DNA of 64,000 nt from Tissierellia bacterium (GTDB lineage Bacteria; Bacillota; Clostridia; Tissierellales; Tissierellaceae). Under the pieces are notes generated by a model. The model was not told where the DNA came from and did no database searches. It saw only the letters and a list, made by a program, of their open reading frames with translations. The position numbers and the translations under genes are program-made. The stretch spans positions 862 through 64,861 of the forward strand of contig JAAYFT010000127.1 of NCBI GenBank assembly GCA_012728125.1, given 5' to 3'. Of this stretch, positions 50,373-59,938 are shown in pieces. The number at the start of each line of letters is the position of its first letter. Position 1 is the stretch's first letter.

Positions 50373-51413
50373 TTGGATAAAGTAGAAATCAACAGTCTAA
50401 CTTTTGATGAACTAAAGGAATTTGTTGTAAATTTAGGTGAAAAATCCTATAGGGGAGAGCAGATTTTTTCATATTTCCATAAGAATAAAAAGGTAGACAT
50501 TGGAGAATTGCATCTATTGCCTAGGGATTTAAGAGAAAGCTTAAAAGATATAACAGAAGTTAGAAAGATGGATATATTTAAAAAATATTTTTCTAAAATA
50601 GACAATACAGTAAAATACTTATTTTTACTAGATGATATGAATATAATAGAAACAGTTGTAATGGAATACAAACATGGATATTCAATTTGTATCTCCACTC
50701 AAGTAGGGTGTAAAATGGGATGCTCTTTCTGCGCTTCTACAAAGGAGGGCTTAATTAGAAACTTAACTCCTGCAGAAATGGTTAATCAAATATACTTGGC
50801 CGAAAAGGATTTAAATATAAATATATCCAACATTGTATTAATGGGAAGTGGAGAACCCTTAGACAACTATGATAATAGCCTAAAATTTATTGATATAATC
50901 AGTCATTCAAAGGGTCACAATATTAGTTTAAGAGATATTACTTTATCAACTTGTGGCCTTGTTCCTAGAATATATGATTTAGCAGATGAAAACTTGCCTA
51001 TTACATTATCTATATCTTTACACTCACCTTTTGATGAAGAACGAAGAAAGATAATGCCAATAGCTAGAAGGTACTCAATAGATGAATTGATTGAAGCATG
51101 CAAGTATTATGTCAATAAAACCAATAGAAGGATAACTTTCGAATATACTTTAATAGAAAATGTAAATGATCGGGATATAGATATTAAAGAACTAGGAAGA
51201 ATTTTAAAAGGGGTAAAATGTCATATAAATTTAATACCCTTGAATCCAATTCGTGAATATAAAGAGGACAGGCCAAGTAGAAAAAACATAGAAAGAGTGC
51301 AAAGAGAGTTAATGAAATACAATATTTCAGTAACTATAAGACGAGAGATGGGTGGAGATATAAGTGCTTCATGTGGCCAATTAAGGAGATCTGTCACCCA
51401 AAATAATAAATAA
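50373..51413 (+). CDS. rlmN: 23S rRNA/tRNA (adenine-C2)-methyltransferase RlmN (radical SAM)
   Basis: YRGEQIFSYFHK, ISTQVGCKMGCSFCAS, LMGSGEPLDN, ISLHSP, NLIPLNP, GDISASCGQL. TTG start follows GAGGTGA. Confidence 0.96.
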   Translation: MDKVEINSLTFDELKEFVVNLGEKSYRGEQIFSYFHKNKKVDIGELHLLPRDLRESLKDITEVRKMDIFKKYFSKIDNTVKYLFLLDDMNIIETVVMEYKHGYSICISTQVGCKMGCSFCASTKEGLIRNLTPAEMVNQIYLAEKDLNINISNIVLMGSGEPLDNYDNSLKFIDIISHSKGHNISLRDITLSTCGLVPRIYDLADENLPITLSISLHSPFDEERRKIMPIARRYSIDELIEACKYYVNKTNRRITFEYTLIENVNDRDIDIKELGRILKGVKCHINLIPLNPIREYKEDRPSRKNIERVQRELMKYNISVTIRREMGGDISASCGQLRRSVTQNNK

Positions 51414-51435
51414 TAGATATCAATGGGGTGGTATT

Positions 51436-52167
51436 ATGGTTAGTGGTGCTGTTTCTGACATAGGAAAAGCCAGGGAAAAAAACCAAGATGCTTACTATGC
51501 TTCCAAAGATTTGTCTCTTCCACTTTATATGGTTGCAGATGGAATGGGAGGTCACAATGCTGGAGAAATTGCCAGTTCCATGGCAATGAACATCATAAAG
51601 AATAACTTTTTGGAAAACAGGGACCTTTTGACTAGTAAAGAGATAATATTTGATTTAATAAAAAGGTCAATTGAAGAGGCAAATACAAAAATATATCTTA
51701 AATCCCTTGAAAATGAAGACTGTAGAGGAATGGGTACAACAATAACACTAGCCTATATTTTTAAGGATGAAATATTTATAGGCCATGTTGGGGACAGTAG
51801 AGCTTATTTGATTAAAGGAGATAATATTATTCAGATTACAGAGGACCATTCTTTTGTAAACGAATTAGTTAAAATAGGTAGTATAACTAAGGAAGAGGCA
51901 AAAAACCATCCTAAGAAAAATATGATTACTAGAGCAGTTGGATCTAGTAGCTTTATTGAGATGGATTTAATAGCTAGAAACTATGAGGAAAACGATATTT
52001 TGCTTTTGTGTAGCGATGGACTTTCCAATATGTTAAAGGAATTTGAGATTAGCCAAGTCTTTAATAAGGAAGAGGATATTCAAAAAGCCTGTGAAACATT
52101 AGCGTATATGGCTAATCAAAGAGGTGGCCTTGATAATATTACTGTAGTAGCTATTAAATTTAATTAA
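51436..52167 (+). CDS. prpC: PP2C-family Ser/Thr protein phosphatase (Stp/PrpC)
   Basis: SDIGKAREKNQDA, VADGMGGHNAGEIAS, GHVGDSRAY, LLCSDGLSN, GGLDNITV. Confidence 0.94.
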   Translation: MVSGAVSDIGKAREKNQDAYYASKDLSLPLYMVADGMGGHNAGEIASSMAMNIIKNNFLENRDLLTSKEIIFDLIKRSIEEANTKIYLKSLENEDCRGMGTTITLAYIFKDEIFIGHVGDSRAYLIKGDNIIQITEDHSFVNELVKIGSITKEEAKNHPKKNMITRAVGSSSFIEMDLIARNYEENDILLLCSDGLSNMLKEFEISQVFNKEEDIQKACETLAYMANQRGGLDNITVVAIKFN

Positions 52168-52180
52168 AAGAGGTGAAAAA

Positions 52181-54133
52181 ATGATAGGCAAAGTTTTAGG
52201 TGGAAGATATGAAATAGTTGAGCAAATTGGCGGAGGAGGCATGGCCTTAGTATATAAAGCTAAGTGCAGGCTTTTAGATAGATTTGTAGCAATAAAAATC
52301 CTAAGGGAAGAATTTGTAAATGATGAGGAATTTGTTAAGAAATTTAGAAGAGAATCTCAAGCGGCAGCTAGACTGTCACACCCTAATATAGTAAATATAT
52401 ATGACGTTGGAGTTGAAGAAGATGAAAACAAACAGATTTACTATATAGTCATGGAATACATAAAGGGTAAGACTTTAAAGGAAATAATAAAAGAAAAGGG
52501 AAAATTATCAATAGATTTAGCAATAGATTATTCCTATCAAATTGCAGAAGCTTTACGACATGCACACAGTAATAGGATATTCCATAGAGATATAAAACCA
52601 CATAATATTATGATTACAGATGATAATAGGGTAAAGGTTACTGATTTTGGAATTGCAAGGGCAGCCACTAGTTCAACTGTAACCACTAGCTCAAATGTAC
52701 TAGGTTCTGTCCATTATTTCTCACCTGAACAAGCTAGAGGCGGATATACAGATGACAAATCTGACATATATTCCCTAGGCATAGTTATGTATGAAATGGT
52801 TACTGGAGTTTTACCTTATCAAGGAGAGAGCCCTATTACAGTAGCTTTAAAACATGTTCAAGAAGATATAGTACCACCTAGAGAACTAGAGGAAAGTATA
52901 CCTGTTGGTTTTGAAAATATAATATTAAAAGCTGTTCAGAAAAAACAGGCTGATAGATACAGTAACATTGGTGATTTGATTAGGGATTTGAAGAAGGTTA
53001 AATTCAACAAAGAAGAACCTATACTAAACAATAATGATAACTTTGATTCCCATACTAAATTAATGCCAGCAGTCAACGTAGAGGATGATAATATGAGGAG
53101 CAAAAAAAATATAAAAAAGAAGAAAAAGAGAGATGGTACCCTTAAGGTCGTTTTCCTAGGTATTCTACTAGCTTTTTTATTGGCATTTAGTATATTTTTC
53201 GGTTATTATAAATTAAAGGATTATCTAGTAACTGAAGAAGTTGTAGTACCAGATATTATTGGTTTACAAGAAGCAGAAGCTAGGAAGAAAATTGAAGATT
53301 TAGGATTAAGATTTGTTGTTAAAGGAACAGGTAGAAATGATAATTTCAATCCAGGGGAAGTTATATATCAGAGTGTAGATGCAAATACTACTGTAAAGGT
53401 GGACTTTCCAATAGAAGTACTATTAAACGAAGGTGAAGCTTTAGTTAAGGTACCTAGTGGAGTTAATAGGGATATAAATGATGCAAGGGACCTAATGATA
53501 AATGCAAATCTTGATGTGGAAATCGAATATGAATATTCTGATACAATACCATTAGACGTTGTTATAAAACAAATTCCCGAAAGTGGTTCAGAAGTTAAAC
53601 CAGGCTCTACAGTTACATTAGTAGTTAGTCAAGGAGAAGAAGTAAAATATGTCACAATGGAGAATTTAGTTGGCAAGAATATAGAAGAGGCAAAAAGAAT
53701 AATTGAAGAACTAGACCTTGTAGAAGGGGAAATATCATATCAACCAAGTGAAGAGTATGAAGAGGGCATAGTGGTATGGCAAAGCTATGAACCTGGTACT
53801 GAACTAGAGACAAAAACAGCAGTTGATATATATGTAAGTAGTGGAATAGAAGAAAATACTGAAGAGGAAAATATTGATGGGGAAACTGGAGGAGAAGAAG
53901 TAGGTTCAACTGAAGAAACTCCTATTACTTTCACTTTAACACCACTTCAAGATAGGGAAGAAACATCAATAAAGATTATTAGAATTCAAGATGGAGTAAG
54001 TCAAGTAGTATACAATAAAAAACACAAAGCAAGTGATGGAGTTGCAATAATAACTTTAGAAGGTAAGGTTGGGGCCTTGTTTGAAATCTATTATGATGAG
54101 ATATATCAAACTACTATTCCTAAAGAAGACTAG
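52181..54133 (+). CDS. prkC: Ser/Thr protein kinase PrkC with extracellular PASTA repeats
   Basis: Hanks kinase motifs (GGGGMALVYKA, VAIKIL, HRDIKPHNIM, DFGIARA, SPEQARG), a TM segment, then three PASTA-like repeats (VVPDIIGLQEAEARKKIEDLGL, VKVPSGVNRDINDARDLM, VTMENLVGKNIEEAKRIIEELDL). Confidence 0.96.
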   Translation: MIGKVLGGRYEIVEQIGGGGMALVYKAKCRLLDRFVAIKILREEFVNDEEFVKKFRRESQAAARLSHPNIVNIYDVGVEEDENKQIYYIVMEYIKGKTLKEIIKEKGKLSIDLAIDYSYQIAEALRHAHSNRIFHRDIKPHNIMITDDNRVKVTDFGIARAATSSTVTTSSNVLGSVHYFSPEQARGGYTDDKSDIYSLGIVMYEMVTGVLPYQGESPITVALKHVQEDIVPPRELEESIPVGFENIILKAVQKKQADRYSNIGDLIRDLKKVKFNKEEPILNNNDNFDSHTKLMPAVNVEDDNMRSKKNIKKKKKRDGTLKVVFLGILLAFLLAFSIFFGYYKLKDYLVTEEVVVPDIIGLQEAEARKKIEDLGLRFVVKGTGRNDNFNPGEVIYQSVDANTTVKVDFPIEVLLNEGEALVKVPSGVNRDINDARDLMINANLDVEIEYEYSDTIPLDVVIKQIPESGSEVKPGSTVTLVVSQGEEVKYVTMENLVGKNIEEAKRIIEELDLVEGEISYQPSEEYEEGIVVWQSYEPGTELETKTAVDIYVSSGIEENTEEENIDGETGGEEVGSTEETPITFTLTPLQDREETSIKIIRIQDGVSQVVYNKKHKASDGVAIITLEGKVGALFEIYYDEIYQTTIPKED

Positions 54134-54142
54134 GGGGCTTAT

Positions 54143-55018
54143 ATGATTGAAGGAATAATTGTTAAAGGTGTTGGTGGCTTTTATTATGTAAAAACTGAAG
54201 AAGACATTATAGAGTGTAGGGCTAGGGGTATTTTTAGAGAGGAGAATCTAACTCCTTTAATAGGAGATAAGGTACTTATAAGAATCAGTGATGAAGATAA
54301 TACTGGCTATATCGAAAAAATACAACCTAGGAAGAGTCAATTGATTAGGCCGCCAGTTGCAAATGTAACTCAAGTTATTATAGTAATGAGCATTAAGAAG
54401 CCTAATATAAATCCATGGTTACTAGACAAATTTATTGTAATGGCAGAAAGGGAAAATTTAAATATCCTTATATGTATCAATAAAATAGACTTGGATCCTG
54501 AAAAAGGGCAAGAATTAATAGATATATATAAAGATATTGGATACAATGTGATAGGCACAAGTGCAAAAGAAAAAATAGGCATAGATAAGTTAAGGGAGAA
54601 TTTGAAAAACAATATATCAGTTTTTGCTGGCCCTTCTGGGGTGGGGAAATCATCACTTCTGAATGCAGTTAATAGGGATTTTAAACTAAAAACAGGTGAT
54701 GTAAGTGCAAAAACAAGAAGAGGAAAACATACAACAAGACACGTTGAACTATTGGAATTAGACAAGACTGCCTATGTCCTTGATACCCCAGGATTTGGAT
54801 CCCTACACTTAAATTTTATAGAAGATGTAATTGAGTTAAGAGATTATTTCTTAGAAATAAAAAGGTTTGGTTTAAATTGTAAGTTTATTAGTTGCCTGCA
54901 TGAAAACGAACCTGACTGTGAAGTAAAAAGACAAGTAGAGTTAGGAAATATCCAAGAAAGTAGGTATAATAGTTACCTAGACTTTCTTCAAGAGATAAGA
55001 AAATTCAGGAGGTACTAA
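54143..55018 (+). CDS. rsgA: ribosome small-subunit-dependent GTPase A
   Basis: Circularly permuted GTPase: ANVTQVIIV, INKIDL, FAGPSGVGKSSLLN, DTPGF, zinc knuckle C..C.H...C. Confidence 0.96.
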   Translation: MIEGIIVKGVGGFYYVKTEEDIIECRARGIFREENLTPLIGDKVLIRISDEDNTGYIEKIQPRKSQLIRPPVANVTQVIIVMSIKKPNINPWLLDKFIVMAERENLNILICINKIDLDPEKGQELIDIYKDIGYNVIGTSAKEKIGIDKLRENLKNNISVFAGPSGVGKSSLLNAVNRDFKLKTGDVSAKTRRGKHTTRHVELLELDKTAYVLDTPGFGSLHLNFIEDVIELRDYFLEIKRFGLNCKFISCLHENEPDCEVKRQVELGNIQESRYNSYLDFLQEIRKFRRY

Positions 55019-55019
55019 A

Positions 55020-55667
55020 ATGGCTAAAATTGCCCCTTCTTTGCTGTCAGCAGATTTTGCTGATTTAAAAAGTGAAATAAGAAAAGTTGAAAATGGGGGA
55101 GCAGATTATTTACACCTAGACGTAATGGATGGTATTTATGTTCGAAATATAACTTTTGGAGCCCCTGTAATTAAGAAAATTAGAAAAATAACTGACATTC
55201 CTTTTGATGTACATCTTATGATCGATAGGCCAGAAAGGTTTATAAAGGATTTTGTAGATGCAGGTGCTGACATAATTACTGTACATCAAGAGGCTACAGT
55301 ACATCTCCATAGAACAATACAGGAAATTAAATCCTATGGAGTTTTAGCTGGAGTTTCATTAAATCCTTCTACTCCTTTGGAGAATATAGAATATATCTTA
55401 GACGATATAGATTTGATTTTGATAATGACAGTAAATCCAGGCTTTGGTGGACAATCCTTTATTAGCCAAATGGACAGAAAAATAAAGAAAATGAGAAAGA
55501 TTATTGATGAAAGAAATTTAGATATAATCTTAGAAGTAGATGGTGGAGTAAAATTAAACAACGCTAAGGATATATTAAATTGGGGCGCTGATTTATTAGT
55601 AGTAGGCTCTGACATATTCAATTCAGAAAACATAGAAAAACGAATAAAAGAATATAAAATGTTGTAA
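55020..55667 (+). CDS. rpe: ribulose-phosphate 3-epimerase
   Basis: IAPSLLSADF, LHLDVMDG, DVHLM, MTVNPGFGGQSF, VDGG. Confidence 0.97.
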   Translation: MAKIAPSLLSADFADLKSEIRKVENGGADYLHLDVMDGIYVRNITFGAPVIKKIRKITDIPFDVHLMIDRPERFIKDFVDAGADIITVHQEATVHLHRTIQEIKSYGVLAGVSLNPSTPLENIEYILDDIDLILIMTVNPGFGGQSFISQMDRKIKKMRKIIDERNLDIILEVDGGVKLNNAKDILNWGADLLVVGSDIFNSENIEKRIKEYKML

Positions 55668-55690
55668 TTCTTATATTGAACTGATATAAT
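55662..55690 (+). promoter_or_regulatory. sigma-A-type promoter with extended -10 for the thiamine leader
   Basis: TTGTAA (55662-55667), 17-nt spacer, TGaTATAAT (55682-55690). Confidence 0.55.
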
Positions 55691-55711
55691 ATATATAACT
55701 TAATAGTAATA

Positions 55712-55860
55712 AACACTAGGGGAGCCTTAGGGCTGAGAGGGGATTTATTCCCGACCCTTATTACCTGAACTAGATAATACTAGCGTAGGGAAGTGTGAGT
55801 ATGTTTTCCTTTAAATGTACCCATTACCTACGCTGGTGATGGGATTAATAATTTAAAGGA
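55712..55860 (+). promoter_or_regulatory. TPP (THI-box) riboswitch with an SD-sequestering expression platform
   Basis: Aptamer (about 55712-55800): CACTAGGGGAGCC..GGCTGAGA......ACCCTT.TACCTGAAC.TAGATAATACTAGCGTAGGGAAGTG. Platform: TCCTTTAAAT (55807-55816) is perfectly complementary to ATTTAAAGGA (55851-60), which covers the SD of thiT. An internal 9-bp hairpin lies at 55820-55843. Confidence 0.9.
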
Positions 55861-55870
55861 GGACAGAATT

Positions 55871-56416
55871 ATGAAGAACAGATTTAAGGTCAAAATGTTA
55901 GCAGAGGGTGGAATGATGATAGCTTTAGCTACAATCCTAAGCTATCTAAAGGTTTATGATGCCCCTATGGGTGGTTCAGTTACAGCTGGTAGTATGATTC
56001 CGATAATACTGTTTGCTATACGTTGGGGTATAGTACCTGGCCTGGCTATAGGAGCTTGTCATGGACTTTTACAATTTATTTTAGAACCTTACTTTTATCA
56101 TCCAATTCAATTCCTATTAGACTATCCTCTTGCCTTTGGATTTTTAGGTTTAGCAGGGATAGCATTTCATATTAAAAATGACTCTTTAAACAAATATGTG
56201 AGTATGTTTTTATCCATCTTTTTAGGAATACTTGGTAGGATGATATGCCATGTTTTATCTGGTGTCGTATTCTTTGCTGAATATGCTGGGGATAAAAACC
56301 CATGGATTTATTCTATTCAATATAATGCATTTTATTTAGTGCCAGAATTAATTATTACTTCTATAGTAATATTTATTATTTGGAAACCTCTGCAAAGACT
56401 AGTAAAAGCAAAATAG
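55871..56416 (+). CDS. thiT: energy-coupling-factor transporter S component for thiamine (ThiT)
   Basis: 181 aa with six TM segments, GGSVTAGSMIPII and LLDYPLAFG motifs. It lies directly behind a TPP riboswitch. Confidence 0.85.
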   Translation: MKNRFKVKMLAEGGMMIALATILSYLKVYDAPMGGSVTAGSMIPIILFAIRWGIVPGLAIGACHGLLQFILEPYFYHPIQFLLDYPLAFGFLGLAGIAFHIKNDSLNKYVSMFLSIFLGILGRMICHVLSGVVFFAEYAGDKNPWIYSIQYNAFYLVPELIITSIVIFIIWKPLQRLVKAK

Positions 56417-56428
56417 AGGATTGATAGT

Positions 56429-57064
56429 GTGAAGGGATTAATTATATCCAGTGGAATTATTAATGATAATACCAGATTAAAAAAAGAAATAGACACATCA
56501 GATTTTATTCTATGTGCTGATGCAGGTGTGGAACACCTAATAGAATTAGATATTAAACCAGATCTAGTTATAGGTGATTTAGACTCTATTAGCCAATTGG
56601 GATTAGACTATATAAAGCATAATAATGTCCCTATCTATAAGTTTCCATCTATAAAGGATGATACTGATACTGCTCTTGCTTTAGAGTATTTAATAGAAAA
56701 GGGATTCGATGAAATTACCCTTATGGGCGTTACAGGTACAAGAATAGATCATACAATGGCCAACATACTATTATTAAATACTTTATTGGAAAAAGGAATA
56801 AAGGGCAAAATAGTAGATGGCCATAATATTATTCAATTAATAGATGATTATTTAGAGATTGAGTATATAGAAAATTCCTTTGTATCTATAATTCCTATAA
56901 ATGAAGAAGGGCTTGAAGTATCATTAGAAGGCTTTTTCTATAATTTAAATAGGGAGATTATTAAATTTGGTTCTACCTATGGTATAAGTAATAAAATAAT
57001 AGAAAACTGTGGAAAGATTAAAATTCATAAAGGAAAAGCACTAATATTTATCTCCAATGATTAA
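56429..57064 (+). CDS. thiN: thiamine diphosphokinase
   Basis: CADAGVEHL...PDLVIGDLDSI, KDDTDTALALEY, GVTGTRIDHTMAN. Same position as B. subtilis yloS/thiN. Confidence 0.9.
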   Translation: MKGLIISSGIINDNTRLKKEIDTSDFILCADAGVEHLIELDIKPDLVIGDLDSISQLGLDYIKHNNVPIYKFPSIKDDTDTALALEYLIEKGFDEITLMGVTGTRIDHTMANILLLNTLLEKGIKGKIVDGHNIIQLIDDYLEIEYIENSFVSIIPINEEGLEVSLEGFFYNLNREIIKFGSTYGISNKIIENCGKIKIHKGKALIFISND

Positions 57065-57092
57065 AACTTAAGGATTCTCCTTAAGTTTTTTT
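57065..57092 (+). terminator. intrinsic terminator after thiN
   Basis: AACTTAAGGA-ttc-TCCTTAAGTT followed by T5-6. Confidence 0.85.
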
Positions 57093-57150
57093 GTAACTTT
57101 TCTAATGTTAATGGAATAGAATGTAGTAAGCCATATTGGAGGTGTATTAG

Positions 57151-57321
57151 ATGTGGAAATTCTATTATAGGTACCGCCAAAAAACAAAGAAGATAATTGG
57201 CTTAACCTTATGTGCAGTTGGCTTATTAATCATAGTAAATTTTTTGCCTATTGAGGTTATATTACTATTAATAGGCATAGGACTTCTAGTAATGGGAGGA
57301 TTAATTTTAAAATTAAAATAA
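57151..57321 (+). CDS. unannotated small membrane protein (56 aa), absent from the ORF track
   Basis: ATG 57151 lies 5-6 nt after GGAGGTG (57139-57145). Sequence: MWKFYYRYRQKTKKIIGLTLCAVGLLIIVNFLPIEVILLLIGIGLLVMGGLILKLK, a basic N-terminus plus two hydrophobic helices. A hairpin shared with convergent rpmB follows. Confidence 0.45.
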   Translation: MWKFYYRYRQKTKKIIGLTLCAVGLLIIVNFLPIEVILLLIGIGLLVMGGLILKLK

Positions 57322-57374
57322 GGCTACCATCTATTTACTTGGAAGAATGGTAAGCCTTATTTGGATTTTTTGTA

Positions 57375-57566
57375 TTATAATGCTCTTTCAACATAACCAG
57401 ATCTTAAACATCTAGTACATACATTTACTCTTTTAGTCTCTCCATTTACAACTGCTCTAACTCTTCTAATATTTGGAGACCAGCTTCTTGAACTCTTTTT
57501 ATTTGAGAAGGTAACCTTATTACCAAATACTTTACCCTTTCCGCAGATTTCACAAACTCTTGCCAT
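57375..57566 (-). CDS. rpmB: 50S ribosomal protein L28
   Basis: MARVCEICGKGKVFGNKVTFSNKKSSRSWSPNIRRVRAVVNGETKRVNVCTRCLRSG, 63 aa. ATG 57566 follows AGGAGGTG; the ORF-track start at 57590 adds 8 spurious residues. Confidence 0.96.
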   Translation of the reverse strand: MARVCEICGKGKVFGNKVTFSNKKSSRSWSPNIRRVRAVVNGETKRVNVCTRCLRSGYVERAL

Positions 57567-57769
57567 GAAATACACCTCCTTAAAAGACAATAAATACAGA
57601 AGTTTATTTTCTCTTTTTTTAACAACACATTATATTCTAACATATCATTCCATAAAAATGCAACTAAAATGTATTATATTCTTGGAAAATACTTAGGATT
57701 TAGTTGAACTATTAAGTTATTTAGGGTAAAATAAAGTATGGATATTTTATTAGAGGAGGCGATTTTTTT

Positions 57770-58126
57770 ATGCCAGCCAAGATTAAGAATCAACTTGGAA
57801 ATATTAGTATTGAAGATAATGTTATAGCCACTCTTGCAGGTATATCAGCGATGGAAAGTTATGGTATAGTTGGTATGGCTTCTAAAAATGCCGCAGATGG
57901 TTTATTTGAGCTATTGAAATGGGACTCACTATCTAAGGGTGTGAAAGTTAATTCCAAAGGTGATTCATTAGTTATTGACTTACATGTAATTTTAGAATAC
58001 GGAGTTAAGATTTCAGTAGTAGCTGAAAATATAATAGATAGGGTTAAGTTTAACGTGGAGAATTTAACTGGTTTTAAAGTAGACAAAATCAATGTCCATG
58101 TCCAGGGAATAAGAGTAGAAAAGTAG
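57770..58126 (+). CDS. Asp23/Gls24-family envelope stress protein (YloU-like)
   Basis: ISIEDNVIATLAGISAMESYGIVGM...GVKV...DLHVILEYGVKISVVAENIIDRVKFNVENLTG is typical of Asp23. Confidence 0.92.
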   Translation: MPAKIKNQLGNISIEDNVIATLAGISAMESYGIVGMASKNAADGLFELLKWDSLSKGVKVNSKGDSLVIDLHVILEYGVKISVVAENIIDRVKFNVENLTGFKVDKINVHVQGIRVEK

Positions 58127-58144
58127 TTTAAGGAGGTACTATAA

Positions 58145-59782
58145 TTGAAAATCGAAATACTAGATGGAGTAATGTTTAAAAAGGCTTTACTAGGAGCAGC
58201 TAATTTTTTAGATAAAAATAAGGAGGAAGTAAACTCTTTAAATGTATTTCCTGTACCAGATGGAGATACAGGCACTAACATGTCTCTTACAGTTAATTCA
58301 GCCATAAAACATGGACTTAACCTTGAAGATGATAATGTTTCAAAAATAGCTTCAGCTACATCTTATGGTTCCCTAATGGGAGCTAGAGGTAATTCAGGTG
58401 TTATTTTATCTCAGTTATTTAGAGGGTTTGCAAATGGTTTAGTAGAAAAAGATGAAGTAGACACTAAAGCACTTGCTAATGCTCTAAAACAAGCAGCAGA
58501 TACAGCCTATAAAGCTGTAATGAAACCAACGGAGGGTACTATACTAACTGTTGCTAGGGAAATAGGTGATTTTGCCCTATCTATTTGTAGAGAAGAAAAG
58601 GACATAATTACCTTCCTTAAGAAGATAATAGATTACGGTAATATAGTATTAAATAAAACACCTGATATGTTACCAGTTTTAAAACAAGCTGGGGTAGTAG
58701 ATGCTGGCGGAAAGGGTTTAATGTATATTATTACAGGTGCTTATAATGCTTTAGCAGGTATTGAAGATGTTCATGTTGAGGTTGAAGATTCTAAAGTTGG
58801 ATTTGAAAGAACTGTTCATGAGGCACCATTAGATACTGAAGATATTAAATTTGGATATTGTACGGAGTTTATTATAAATTCTAAACATGGGGATATAGAC
58901 ATATTTAGGGAGGAAATATCTATTCACGGAGATTCTCTTTTGGTTGTAGGTGGAGAAGGATTAATTAAAGTTCATATTCACACCAACAATCCTGGTCTAG
59001 TCCTTGAAAAGGCCTTGAAGCTAGGAGAATTAACTGATATTAAAATCGATAATATGAGATATCAGCACGAAGAGATATTATTAAAATCTTCTGCCGAAGT
59101 AAAAGATATTGTAAGTGAAGAATCAAAGCAATACTCCTTTGTAGTAGTTTCTGTTGGAGAAGGAATTGACAAGGTATTTGAAGGTTTAAATGTAGACAAA
59201 TTAGTTTCTGGCGGTCAAACCATGAATCCGAGTACTGAAGATATACTAAAAGCAGTTAGTGAAACTACAGGAGAAAATGTTTTTATACTTCCAAACAACA
59301 GTAATATTATTTTAGCTGCTGAACAAGCTAAGGAATTAAGTGATAAGAATGTTGCTGTTATTCCTACTAAAACTATTCCTCAGGGAATTTCAGCCTTATT
59401 TGCTTTTGATGAGATGCAATCCCTAGAAGAAAATGTAGAGAGTATGATAGAAGCAATTCAAGATGTAAAAACTGGTCAAGTAACTTATTCTGTAAGGGAT
59501 ACTGAGTATAACAATACAAAAATAAACAAAGACGATATTATTGGTATCGCAGAAGGTGAAATTGTAGCAAATGGTAAGGATATTAACTTAGTGTCATTGG
59601 AGCTTCTGGAAAATATGATAGATGAGGACACATCTTTAGTGACAATATTTTACGGTAGTGACATAGAAGAAGACATGGCCAAGGATTTGGAAAGTCAATT
59701 ATCAGATAAATATGGTGATGTAGATATAGAATTAATTTATGGTGGTCAGCCAATCTATTATTACATCTTTTCGATTGAATAA
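58145..59782 (+). CDS. DAK2 domain-containing protein (YloV-like)
   Basis: LNVFPVPDGDTGTNM, GARGNSGVILSQ, PTEGTILTV, VVDAGGKG, and a C-terminal DegV-like/DhaL-associated domain. It follows the asp23 homologue as in Bacillus. Confidence 0.92.
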   Translation: MKIEILDGVMFKKALLGAANFLDKNKEEVNSLNVFPVPDGDTGTNMSLTVNSAIKHGLNLEDDNVSKIASATSYGSLMGARGNSGVILSQLFRGFANGLVEKDEVDTKALANALKQAADTAYKAVMKPTEGTILTVAREIGDFALSICREEKDIITFLKKIIDYGNIVLNKTPDMLPVLKQAGVVDAGGKGLMYIITGAYNALAGIEDVHVEVEDSKVGFERTVHEAPLDTEDIKFGYCTEFIINSKHGDIDIFREEISIHGDSLLVVGGEGLIKVHIHTNNPGLVLEKALKLGELTDIKIDNMRYQHEEILLKSSAEVKDIVSEESKQYSFVVVSVGEGIDKVFEGLNVDKLVSGGQTMNPSTEDILKAVSETTGENVFILPNNSNIILAAEQAKELSDKNVAVIPTKTIPQGISALFAFDEMQSLEENVESMIEAIQDVKTGQVTYSVRDTEYNNTKINKDDIIGIAEGEIVANGKDINLVSLELLENMIDEDTSLVTIFYGSDIEEDMAKDLESQLSDKYGDVDIELIYGGQPIYYYIFSIE

Positions 59783-59784
59783 TG

Positions 59785-59808
59785 CCCTGCCTTTTGGTAG
59801 GGTTTTTT
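59785..59808 (+). terminator. intrinsic terminator
   Basis: CCCTGCC-tttt-GGTAGGG followed by T6. Confidence 0.8.
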
Positions 59809-59938
59809 ATAAGGTTTAGGTAAGTCCTATTAAGTATATTTTGATTAAAGGATTTATCCAACAAATATCAGGAAAAGCTTCCTAAGTCAAAATGGTCATT
59901 AGAAGCTTTTCTTTATATTAGCATATGGAGGAAATACT

